From: Candidatus Spechtbacteria bacterium SB0662_bin_43 | Lineage (GTDB): Bacteria; Patescibacteriota; Minisyncoccia; Spechtbacterales; 2-12-FULL-38-22 | Direction of reading: 5' to 3' | Length of the DNA: 48,998 bases | Assembly: GCA_009839835.1 (NCBI GenBank) | Contig: VXOY01000005.1 | Location: 1 to 48,998, forward strand | Part shown: positions 1-8,393 of the stretch, in pieces | How the letters are laid out: each line of letters opens with the position of its first letter | Numbering within the stretch: the stretch's first letter is position 1 | Position numbers and translations under genes: made by a program | The notes under the pieces: model-generated | Database searches by the model: none | What the model was told of the DNA's origin: nothing | The model's input: the letters and a program-made list of their open reading frames with translations, nothing else

Positions 1-2
1 CA

Positions 3-251
3 AGACCTGTTTTGGTTTTAAAGAAGGTGTCAACAGAGAAGTTTATAGGGTTACCCATCACTTCCAGAAAGAAACGTTTGCCAGGATATTTTATATATAA
101 AAAAGATAGTATTGTTTTTGAACAAGTCAAGGTGTTTGATGCAAGGAGATTACTGGACAGAAAGGAAACCGTTCCTTCTGAAAGTTTCAAAGAAGTTGTA
201 GGGAAGTTCTTAAACTATACGAACCCCCTTGCGGGGGTTCGTGGCGACTAG
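3..251 (+). CDS. PemK/MazF-family toxin, C-terminal part (ORF open to left window edge)
   Basis: The frame is open from nt 3. RPVLVLKK...LPITSRKK..PGY...EQVKVFDARRL...VPSESFKEV resembles (from memory) the RPxxVL, T/S-loop and DQ(V/I)..D..RL blocks of MazF/PemK endoribonucleases. TAG stop at 249-251. Confidence 0.55.
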   Translation, partial: RPVLVLKKVSTEKFIGLPITSRKKRLPGYFIYKKDSIVFEQVKVFDARRLLDRKETVPSESFKEVVGKFLNYTNPLAGVRGD

Positions 252-555
252 TGTCGATCTCATCTATAATTTAACATTTCACACATATTTTTTCAAGTAC
301 CATTATCCACAAACCGAAAGGGGAGTGCTGTAATCAAGAGAAAGGTTATTATTCTTTTTGTCCTATTAACATTGCAGTTGAAAATAAAGTGCGATATACG
401 CTATGATAACAAAGGAAATCCGCAGCATATCATCATTATTTCTTATGAAGAAATAGATAATGTGGAACAATCTATGCTGGATATATGATACATCTAATTT
501 TCTGTAAGGATGGTTGGGATATCAATAATTCTATCTATATAATTGAAATATTACT

Positions 556-1086
556 ATGAAACAATCAATACAGAACAAGAAAAATAATATAGCTCTCATT
601 GATGGACAGAATTTACATCTTTCTACAATGGAGGATGGATGGAAGGTGGATCATAGACGACTCAGGATATACCTGAAAGAAAATTATGGTGTTGAGAGGG
701 CATACTATTTTCTTGGGTATTTAAATCCAAACAAATATAGTGCTTTATATACCGCACTACAAGAATCTGGTTTTATTTTGAAATGGAAAGGCGGTTATGA
801 GATACTGGAATTAAATTCTGAAAAGAAAGGTAATGTTGATGTTGATATAGTGTTTTTTGCACTGACAAATTTTATTGACAATAGGAATGAGTTTAATAAG
901 TTTATTTTGATTTCAGGAGATGGAGATTATATAAATCTGGTGGAGTATCTGATAGAGAAAGAAAGATTAGAAAAAGTATTGTTTCCAAGTATAAGAACAA
1001 AATCTTCGCGGTATAATACATTACCTTATCGTTATAAAGCTAATTTAGAGGATGCAAAGAAAAGAATTGGATATAAGAAGATATAG
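556..1086 (+). CDS. NYN-domain (LabA/DUF88-like, PIN-fold) protein
   Basis: 176-aa ORF. IALIDGQNL..., GNVDVDIV and LISGDGDYINLV match the conserved acidic blocks of NYN/LabA-like domains. Confidence 0.7.
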   Translation: MKQSIQNKKNNIALIDGQNLHLSTMEDGWKVDHRRLRIYLKENYGVERAYYFLGYLNPNKYSALYTALQESGFILKWKGGYEILELNSEKKGNVDVDIVFFALTNFIDNRNEFNKFILISGDGDYINLVEYLIEKERLEKVLFPSIRTKSSRYNTLPYRYKANLEDAKKRIGYKKI

Positions 1087-1887
1087 GATTGTGAAAAATC
1101 AACGTTGTGTTTTTCAAAATAAAAAAGGGGCGTCTCAGGCACCAACACCTTTCAACATCCCCTTCATCAGGATATGTCCCCATAATAGCATCTCGTTGCA
1201 TAAAAGTCAATAAGGGTTATACACATAAGGATAATCAAGAGTAGTGAAATACTGGATAAATATAGATAAAAAGACTTATTGGATTAAACTAGATCTAAAA
1301 TAACAAAGAGGAGGGGAATGGTGTAATGCGAGGAGAGTAGAGCACTCCCCTTTCTCTTGACTTTTTAATTTTTTGTGTTGTTAGTTATATGGTGTGTTGT
1401 TTATGCAGGAATGTTGAGTGTAGAAAAATAACTTGGAAAAAGATTTTTGTTTATTTTTTGAGTTATTGAATAATTATATAATTGACAATTGTACAGAGTT
1501 CATTTTTATCAGCAGTTCAAGATTTGCTTTGGTTATTTCAGGTGTCATAACACCTGTACAATAAAAGCGGTGCTTAAAACGCAAATATGAGGGTCGTTTT
1601 TTGTGAGGTATTGGGGGATTTATGTAAATGGATATGTGTTGGGATTATAAAATTAAAAAGAGCAATAGATTGAAGGTAAACTATAAAATATGATAGCATG
1701 CGGCATTTATGCGTACGATATTATATATATATACAAGCATACATTGATAGGTAGGGTGATTAAGGGGCTGTGTTTTTGTTATACTTCGCTTTACCTGCAT
1801 TGTGCGAATATAGATAGTATGCTAATTCTCTATCGTTCTTCCCCCTATACTCTATCGTAGGAGGCGGATCTTAGAAAAAAACTACTA

Positions 1888-2067
1888 AATAGATCAAACC
1901 CCCTGGACGTATCCAGGGGGTTATAATGCCGTGAGAGACGGAGCGTTCACCTAAATGAACCCTGTTGGACGTCTCGGCACTTCCCTCTCCTTTTCGTTGT
2001 GTTTGCTGTTTTGTTATCTGGTACGCCATACTTACGTGGCGACCAGACCCTCCTTTCGTGCAGGATT
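1888..2067 (-). ncRNA. orphan structured sRNA candidate (unknown family)
   Basis: The 70-aa track ORF across it (1871-2083) has no family resemblance, its ATG lies inside the promoter spacer upstream of the predicted TSS, and it runs through the terminator hairpin. The unit is bounded by a TTGACA-17-TATTAT promoter (2074-2102) and by the hairpin CCCCCUGGA/UCCAGGGGG plus a U-rich tail (1888-1920). Internal structure is an 11-bp bulged stem (2017-2047) and the stem GCCGAGACG/CGUCUC(UCA)CGGC (1927-1979), joined by an A/C-rich linker with AAGGAG-like runs. Confidence 0.4.
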
Positions 2068-2073
2068 GTTTAT

Positions 2074-2102
2074 ATAATAACATATTATTATATTTTTGTC
2101 AA
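2074..2102 (-). promoter_or_regulatory. sigma70-type promoter TTGACA-17-TATTAT
   Basis: On the minus strand TTGACA lies at 2097-2102, followed by a 17-nt spacer and TATTAT at 2074-2079. Confidence 0.45.
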
Positions 2103-2403
2103 GTGCATTGAAGCCCAATTCTACACAATGTATTAAAAGTCCTCATATCGCTTCAATCACTCAAAGAAGAGTCGCACGCCACTTCCCTTTTGTTGCTGTG
2201 AGAAGTTTTTACAGATATAAAAAGATGTAAAGCGCAACACACCTATGCAGCAAAGACAGAAGAACGATTGCACAATAGAACATTACTTTTTGTGAAAGTG
2301 CTTCTGTCGCACAATAGAAAATATCTCTACATACTTTCTTGGAGTTTGAAAAAAAGAGAAGGTGTGCGATAATGACAATGAGTGACACGAGAGGAGGTAT
2401 AGA

Positions 2404-2598
2404 ATGTCACACACATCACCCTTCTACTGCTTCTTTTGTGGAGAGCAATTGAAGTGGAAGGAGAAAATCTGGCTTGAGTGTCTAAGTGTTGCTTGTGGCA
2501 GGCGATACACACTGGACGGTGTCACAAGAGACGATGCTCAGATCAGCAGGAGTCGCGGGTTGAGAATCAACGCTCACGCTCCTCGTTCACGGAGATAG
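2404..2598 (+). CDS. small zinc-ribbon-like protein (64 aa), hypothetical
   Basis: GGAGG lies 7 nt upstream of the ATG. The Cys pattern is CffC...C-x4-C. An intrinsic terminator lies about 40 nt downstream. G+C is locally higher than in the flanks. Confidence 0.45.
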   Translation: MSHTSPFYCFFCGEQLKWKEKIWLECLSVACGRRYTLDGVTRDDAQISRSRGLRINAHAPRSRR

Positions 2599-2637
2599 AA
2601 GCACTCAACCAGTGTCCCCTAACTACATCAACGTACT

Positions 2638-2670
2638 ACCGCCAGCGTTCAATGGCGGTTTTCTTTTTTC
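2638..2670 (+). terminator. intrinsic terminator
   Basis: Stem CCGCCA/UGGCGG with an 8-nt loop, followed by TTTTCTTTTTT. Confidence 0.6.
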
Positions 2671-2833
2671 AATAAAAAATAGATGCTATACCCTGAGAAT
2701 TATTTTTGTGCACAAATGTCTTCTCTCTATATGCCTTTTCTGCTTGCCTTATATCCTTGCAGTGCGAGACGGAAGAAGAAAAACAAATCTATACAGAGAG
2801 TTCTTTCTGTTTTTGGGTGGGGTACTTAAAGCC

Positions 2834-2865
2834 ATACAACAACTCCCAGCTGGGAGTTGTTGTAT
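2834..2865 (-). terminator. perfect 32-nt palindrome downstream of the TAXI-like gene
   Basis: The palindrome is atacaacaactccc/agct/gggagttgttgtat, 28 nt past the stop at 2893. There is no clear U-tract. Confidence 0.4.
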
Positions 2866-2892
2866 AGAAAACGCACTATTTTACTATGTAGT

Positions 2893-3858
2893 TTATTCGT
2901 CTTCTTCGTCTGTCTCTGCGTCGCCGATAATCATCTCTGCCATACTTTCTTCTGTGATATATTCTAGTGCGGAGTGTTCCTCTTGGATTGTTTCAATATT
3001 ATCAATAAAGAGCTTGCGTAGATACTCTACCTCTTTATCCTCTACCTCATCGCTGACTGCAATGACTGCCACTAATCCAATTGTTTGGATGGGGTCTTCT
3101 ACTGTTTCATAGGTGTCTTCAGGAATGATTGACTTCTTGTAGAAGGGGTACTTTTCTGTCATTTTCCTTATCGTGCTGTTTTTGAGCGACAGGGTCGTAA
3201 TCGTATTTGGGCAACTGTTAAGCGCTTCTTGTATTTCGGTTGAAGGATAACCAACAACATAGAACACTGCACTCACCTCGTTATTACTACACAGTTGCGC
3301 GAATTGACTACTGATGTCTTCTATATCTTCCTCCTCAACATCAGCGATAATGGCGTCGTCCACCCCTATTTCTTCCAGCACTGCCCGCGATGTCTTGTAT
3401 GTTTGAGAATCTTCGCTGCCAATAATAATTTTTCTCCCTGCTAAATCGCTCAATGATTCAATATCCACATCATTACGGACAATAACCATAAGGTTTTCAG
3501 TGTGCAGAGCACCAACCTGCTTTAGATTCCGTTGATTTGTATAAAATATATCAGATTGAACAATACCAATCTGTGCATCTTCGTCCATTATTGCGTCAAC
3601 GTTGTCTTGCGATCCATCAGATTCGATACGGTCACAGTCTTCTGCCTCTGTTTCTTTTTCAATAATGGAGCACAGCGCTTTGCCTGCTGGATAGTATACT
3701 CCCTCTCTGCTTCCTGTTGTTATGATAAATTCTCTGTCTTTGAAATCGATTGAGTCTCCTTGAAAAAATACCAAGATGATAAAGATGATAAAAACGATAA
3801 TCCCAATCACGGTGAGATATTCTCGCTTTATCCGTCTCAATAGTTGAAATATGTTCAT
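2893..3858 (-). CDS. TAXI-family (TRAP-type) solute-binding protein-like, membrane anchored
   Basis: N-terminal TM segment. TTGSREGVYYPAGKALC and QIGIVQSD resemble the GGxYYPxG and alvQsD blocks of TAXI receptors. No permease partner is present in the window. Confidence 0.55.
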   Translation of the reverse strand: MNIFQLLRRIKREYLTVIGIIVFIIFIILVFFQGDSIDFKDREFIITTGSREGVYYPAGKALCSIIEKETEAEDCDRIESDGSQDNVDAIMDEDAQIGIVQSDIFYTNQRNLKQVGALHTENLMVIVRNDVDIESLSDLAGRKIIIGSEDSQTYKTSRAVLEEIGVDDAIIADVEEEDIEDISSQFAQLCSNNEVSAVFYVVGYPSTEIQEALNSCPNTITTLSLKNSTIRKMTEKYPFYKKSIIPEDTYETVEDPIQTIGLVAVIAVSDEVEDKEVEYLRKLFIDNIETIQEEHSALEYITEESMAEMIIGDAETDEEDE

Positions 3859-4008
3859 AGATACTTGTAAGTGTGCGAATAAGAAAAATCAGTTTGTTAT
3901 TTTTCATCCTATACCTTTTTTGTTGTGTTTTCAAGGTATGTGTGAATCCACATCGCACTTGTTGTATATATATGATATAATATAGTATGTTATTATTTAT
4001 TCATTCAT

Positions 4009-4389
4009 ATGCGTATGCGTTCTAAACTTCTCAAGAGAAAACATAGTCATACCGACACCATCAGTCTCTACTTTGCGGTTATCATCATTTTGGGAGTCAT
4101 CAACTACTTTGCTGAGATAACGTTTGTTTGGTACATATGGAACATCGCTGTTATCGTTGCTCCCCTCCTCTTTCTTGCAACACACCTGCGAATGAAAGAT
4201 CACGCATCAAAGTACCTTGTTGTTGTGCTTCTTGCTTTAGCATCTGTTGGTGTTATTGGAATGGGTCTTACTGATAACTGGGGTACGGTGGAAGCAGATA
4301 GTATTGCACAGGACTACTGGGATATTATCACATTCTATGTTATTGCACTCTACGCATTCCTTATCGGTACAAAGTTGCGCATAGAGTAA
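4009..4389 (+). CDS. hypothetical polytopic membrane protein
   Basis: 126-aa ORF with 3-4 hydrophobic segments. TATAAT at 3976-3981 and a terminator downstream. Confidence 0.45.
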   Translation: MRMRSKLLKRKHSHTDTISLYFAVIIILGVINYFAEITFVWYIWNIAVIVAPLLFLATHLRMKDHASKYLVVVLLALASVGVIGMGLTDNWGTVEADSIAQDYWDIITFYVIALYAFLIGTKLRIE

Positions 4390-4440
4390 TACACACTCTT
4401 TTATATTGTAGTGTTGTACAACTCTATACAATGTACAAAA

Positions 4441-4476
4441 ACAAAAAGACAGCCCATCGTTTGGGCTGTCTTTTGG
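4441..4476. terminator. bidirectional intrinsic terminator between convergent genes
   Basis: Stem GACAGCCCA/TGGGCTGTC flanked by an A-run and a T-run. Confidence 0.6.
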
Positions 4477-4523
4477 AAAAACTATATAAGTGTTGACAAA
4501 AGGTCAGTACCACAAGAAAGAAC

Positions 4524-5621
4524 CTATATATAGATAGTGGAGTTATCACCAACGATGAATTGGTAGCTGTCTGTTAGTGGAGATGGAGCATTGGTGATGC
4601 TCGTTTTTTTGCCGATAATACTGTTGGTAATAGGTGTTGGTGTTGTAATGGTTGCGCCCTCAAAAACGATTGAGTTTTCAATTTTTGCGTTGTGGAGTTC
4701 AACATCGTTGCCAATAGACGAATATGGACCAATATACGAGTTGTGAATCAGGCAGTGCGACCCAATAATAGCAGGACCACGGATAATAGTATTACCGCTT
4801 ATCTTTGATGAAGGGTCAATTGACACCACACCTTCTAATTGGACTGTGTGTTCAAAAGAACGAGAGGCGCGTTGCGAAAGGGTGCTGCATAAGAGCTGAT
4901 TTCCTACGAGCAAATCGCTGTATATTCCCCTATCCTTCCACCATCTATGAATGTGTTGGTATTGGAGAGAGTATTTCTTTTGTGCTAAATGCGTGTGCAT
5001 ATCTGATATTTCATACACTCCTCGTTGCGAAGGCTGTAGTTCGGCAAAAAGAGTATGTACGATAGGCTTATAAAAATAAACACCACAGACAGCAAAAGAA
5101 GAGGCAGGATTGACAGGTCTTTCTTCTATTTTTACAATAGTGCCTTTTTTATCAAACACAGGAACACCGAATTGTTGTGCGTTTTTTGTTTTTGCCAAAA
5201 GCAATAAACAATCTACTGTGTGCTCTAAGAAATAATCCCGTGCTTGCGTAAGATCGTCTAAAATAATGGTGTCTCCTAAATGGAGTACAAAAGGGCTTTC
5301 TCCTAAAAATGAACGAGCCGAATGAATAGCAAACGCAATACCCAAGTTATCTTCCTCTTGCGTGATATATGAAAAGGCAACGTTCCATTTTGATCCATTG
5401 CCGAGTGTGCGTTGTATATCTTTCTCACCTTTACTGACAACAACACCGATTTCTTGAATACCCAAAGACAACAGCTTTTCTACTGCGTATAGAATAATAG
5501 GCTTATTCGCCAAAGGAATAAGGTGTTTATTGGTTGTGTTTGTGATCGCCCGCACCGTACTCATTCGTGTCGCAGTAATCAGTCCTTTCAGGGGCGTATT
5601 GTTATTCGGGTGTGATTCCAT
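4524..5621 (-). CDS. rmlA: glucose-1-phosphate thymidylyltransferase-like protein (long form with C-terminal left-handed beta-helix)
   Basis: NKHLIPLANKPIILYAVEKL, LGIAFAI, GDTI, WWKDRG and hexapeptide-like repeats at the C-terminus. The N-terminal Gly-rich signature is degenerate (see findings). Confidence 0.7.
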   Translation of the reverse strand: MESHPNNNTPLKGLITATRMSTVRAITNTTNKHLIPLANKPIILYAVEKLLSLGIQEIGVVVSKGEKDIQRTLGNGSKWNVAFSYITQEEDNLGIAFAIHSARSFLGESPFVLHLGDTIILDDLTQARDYFLEHTVDCLLLLAKTKNAQQFGVPVFDKKGTIVKIEERPVNPASSFAVCGVYFYKPIVHTLFAELQPSQRGVYEISDMHTHLAQKKYSLQYQHIHRWWKDRGIYSDLLVGNQLLCSTLSQRASRSFEHTVQLEGVVSIDPSSKISGNTIIRGPAIIGSHCLIHNSYIGPYSSIGNDVELHNAKIENSIVFEGATITTPTPITNSIIGKKTSITNAPSPLTDSYQFIVGDNSTIYI

Positions 5622-6162
5622 AGTGTGATACTAATTGTAAAACCTGTGGTATGTCTATTGCTTTTGGTTTTGCGTAGTCGTCTTCATCGTACCCTTGTGT
5701 TCCTGTTGCAACAATAGTAGCAGGGATATGGGATAGTTTCCACCACGCATGCCACACAAGGGGAGGAATCCGTACCTGTGCAACAACGTTGTCTTCCAAA
5801 AAGAATGAAGGAATGCTATGCTTTTTTGCAATCTGTTGCTTCTTTGTATCGCGCAGCGCATTTCCTGAAACAAATGCAAACGATTGTTGGTACGAGGGTG
5901 ATTCTTTGTTGAAATCGTGGAGAACGCAGAGCGAAGTTCCTGAAATAGTGTAAAAATCCTCATACAGCGAGTAGTGGTAGTGCTCTCCCCTACTCTTGTT
6001 CTTTGTGTGTGCGATAACGGCGTGGATATGTTTTGTGCTTTGTATAGTGGGGTTATCTGTTTCTGCCAAATCAAGAAAATACCCTCGCTGGTCCTGCACA
6101 ACCTTGTTGAGCAGGATACTCACTCCTTGTAGTGGTGTTGTTTGTTCTTGATACGATGCCAT
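5602..6162 (-). CDS. RmlC-like cupin (dTDP-4-dehydrorhamnose 3,5-epimerase family or related ketoisomerase)
   Basis: DQRGYF and SRGEHYH blocks. Sits between the rmlB and rmlA homologues and overlaps rmlA by 20 nt. Confidence 0.5.
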   Translation of the reverse strand: MASYQEQTTPLQGVSILLNKVVQDQRGYFLDLAETDNPTIQSTKHIHAVIAHTKNKSRGEHYHYSLYEDFYTISGTSLCVLHDFNKESPSYQQSFAFVSGNALRDTKKQQIAKKHSIPSFFLEDNVVAQVRIPPLVWHAWWKLSHIPATIVATGTQGYDEDDYAKPKAIDIPQVLQLVSHYGITPE

Positions 6163-6164
6163 AG

Positions 6165-7349
6165 TTATATGTACCTACTCATTTCTTTATCCTTTTCTTG
6201 GGTCGTCTCCACCCACTTCGTGTTATTCTCGTACCACTGTATTGTTTTCTGTATGCCATCTTCAAACGAAACCTCTGGTTTCCACTTGAGCGATTTTTGA
6301 ATCTTTCCTGTGTTTAAAGAGTATCGTAAGTCGTTGCCAGGCCTATCGTCAATAAACGTGATGAAGTTGCTCTTTTTTCCTAACAAGCGTAGTATCTTGC
6401 GAGCAACATCCAGAACGCTATACTCTGCTTGTGCTGCAATGTTATATACCTCGCCATCTTCCCCATTTCGCAGTATCGTATCTATTGCTTTGCAATGGTC
6501 GGTAACAAAGAGCCAATCCCGAACGTGCTGACCATTGCCGTGAATGGTGATTGGTTTATTGTTGAGAACGCGAAACAGCGAGTTGGGAATTAATTTTTCA
6601 GGGTGCTGGAATGGTCCGTAGTTATTTGTACAGTGCGTTACAATGACAGGCACGTTATACGAGTGTCGCCACGCTCGGGCAAGGAGGTCGCCTCCTGCTT
6701 TTGCTGCAGAGTATGGAACGTTTGGCTTGAATGGGTCGTCTTCAAAAAACGAGTAATCTTCTTGCAATTGGAGCATTCCATACACCTCGTCAGTAGAGAT
6801 GTGAACAAAGCGCTTGATAGAGGGGTATTTTCTTACGGTTTCCAACAAAGAGTGCGTACCTATGATGTTTGTTCGTAAAAATTCATCAGAGCCATAGAGG
6901 CTGCGGGTGACGTGCGTTTCTGCTGCAAAATTGACAATGTAGTCAATGTGTTCTTTTTCTATAACCATTTCTAAGGTTTTTCTGTCAACAATATCGCCTT
7001 GGTAGAACGAGTAGCGAGGGTTATTCTGCACAGAACGAAGGTTATCTTTATTCCCTGCATAGGTGAGCTTGTCGTATACGACAACGATGTCGTATGGGTA
7101 CTTTTCTAAAATATAGTGCACAAAATTAGAGCCAATAAACCCTGCTCCTCCACACACCAAAATCCTGTTCTGTCTTATCATCCCTTTTTCAATAAATATT
7201 TCTTCCAACCTTCTTTCTTCTATGCCAGAAATATCAGATGCTTCCTGAATACTGATGTGTCCTGCTTGAAATAGCCTGCCTGCCAGTGTCGTGCGGTAGT
7301 GAGCAGGAGAGGATATTTGTGGTCTCATCGGTGTAATTTCAAGTGTCAT
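6165..7349 (-). CDS. rfbB: dTDP-glucose 4,6-dehydratase
   Basis: GGAGFIGSNF, FAAETHV, STDEVYG and PYSAAKAGGD motifs. The start is uncertain: an internal Met at 7181 would remove a 56-aa N-terminal extension. Confidence 0.85.
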   Translation of the reverse strand: MTLEITPMRPQISSPAHYRTTLAGRLFQAGHISIQEASDISGIEERRLEEIFIEKGMIRQNRILVCGGAGFIGSNFVHYILEKYPYDIVVVYDKLTYAGNKDNLRSVQNNPRYSFYQGDIVDRKTLEMVIEKEHIDYIVNFAAETHVTRSLYGSDEFLRTNIIGTHSLLETVRKYPSIKRFVHISTDEVYGMLQLQEDYSFFEDDPFKPNVPYSAAKAGGDLLARAWRHSYNVPVIVTHCTNNYGPFQHPEKLIPNSLFRVLNNKPITIHGNGQHVRDWLFVTDHCKAIDTILRNGEDGEVYNIAAQAEYSVLDVARKILRLLGKKSNFITFIDDRPGNDLRYSLNTGKIQKSLKWKPEVSFEDGIQKTIQWYENNTKWVETTQEKDKEMSRYI

Positions 7350-7421
7350 AGTAAAAATATATTATGGCATTATATAGCAAAAAATAGTATAATACAACTA
7401 CTGGTATCATACGGTGTTTTT

Positions 7422-8282
7422 ATGAAAACTCTCATTATAGGATCAAATGGTCTGTTGGGGCACTACCTCGTTGATGTATTTTCAGATTGGGATAGCGTTG
7501 CATGGGATAGGAACGATTGCGATGTTACGAACATCAAAGAGATGGAGAAAAAAATACAAAATCTCTTGCCAACCGTTATTATCAACGCAACAGGGTACAC
7601 CCAGGTTGATAAGGCAGAACAAGAAATTCAGCAAGCAACAATGCTCAACACAACGGTGGTACAAGCACTATCAGCGATTGCTCACTCTATTGATGCAGTG
7701 TTCGTCCACTACTCTACTGATTATGTCTTTGATGGAACCCGCAAAGATGGCTACTCAGAGGAAGATTTTCCAACAGATACTCCTATGAATGTGTATGGAG
7801 CAACAAAGTTAAATGGCGAGGTTGCAGTGTTTGAAAATGCACCACAGTCGTATCTTATCCGTACTCAATGGCTCTTTGGGCTCTATGGAAAAGATTTTAT
7901 AGACACGATGTTATCTCTGCAAGGCAAGAAACAGGTATCGGTTGTGAATGACCAGTACGGAGTACCAACGTACGCGCGCGATGTTGCAGAGGCTACAAAG
8001 CAATTGATTGCAAAAAAACACTCATACGGTGTTTATCACATTGTTAATGAAGGGGGTCCAGTGACGTGGTACGATTATGCTCGCTTTATTTTTGAAACGT
8101 ATAGGCACAGTACAAAGGAATCTATTCCTTCGGTTACACCTACTACAACACAGGAAACAGTACAGTACGGTACAAAAGCACGGAGACCCCAGTTTTCTCT
8201 TTTGAAAAACACAAAATACCCTGCGTTGCGCCATTGGCACGAACCAGTAAAAGAGCATATTCTTTCAGTGACAGAGCAATAA
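7422..8282 (+). CDS. rfbD: dTDP-4-dehydrorhamnose reductase
   Basis: MKTLIIGSNGLLG, INATGYTQVDKAE, STDYVFDG and VYGATKLNGE. The track ORF start at 7299 was trimmed to the ATG at 7422, which gives the canonical N-terminus. Confidence 0.85.
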   Translation: MKTLIIGSNGLLGHYLVDVFSDWDSVAWDRNDCDVTNIKEMEKKIQNLLPTVIINATGYTQVDKAEQEIQQATMLNTTVVQALSAIAHSIDAVFVHYSTDYVFDGTRKDGYSEEDFPTDTPMNVYGATKLNGEVAVFENAPQSYLIRTQWLFGLYGKDFIDTMLSLQGKKQVSVVNDQYGVPTYARDVAEATKQLIAKKHSYGVYHIVNEGGPVTWYDYARFIFETYRHSTKESIPSVTPTTTQETVQYGTKARRPQFSLLKNTKYPALRHWHEPVKEHILSVTEQ

Positions 8283-8358
8283 AATGTTTTTCATAAACGC
8301 ACTTTCATCGCATATCCATTGTTCTCAGTGGACAGATATATTATCCACATATTATATC

Positions 8359-8386
8359 TTGCGGAAAAAATGATGTGTACTATACT
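8359..8386 (+). promoter_or_regulatory. promoter TTGCGG-16-TATACT, preceded by TTATCCACA at 8341-8349
   Basis: Hexamers read directly from the sequence. A second TATAAT overlaps at 8385-8390. Confidence 0.4.
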
Positions 8387-8393
8387 ATAATCA

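Noticed and set aside
316-1354. 14-nt inverted repeat GAAAGGGGAGTGCT (316-329 / reverse complement at 1341-1354) flanking the NYN gene, possibly transposon-like ends
   Set aside because: A 14-nt match somewhere in a 49-kb window is near chance expectation (on the order of several). The identity does not extend, and there is no transposase or target duplication.
7299-7421. 41-aa N-terminal extension of rmlD (track ORF start at 7299)
   Set aside because: It overlaps the divergent rmlB start and the promoter region. The canonical Rossmann N-terminus MKTLIIGSNG begins at 7422.
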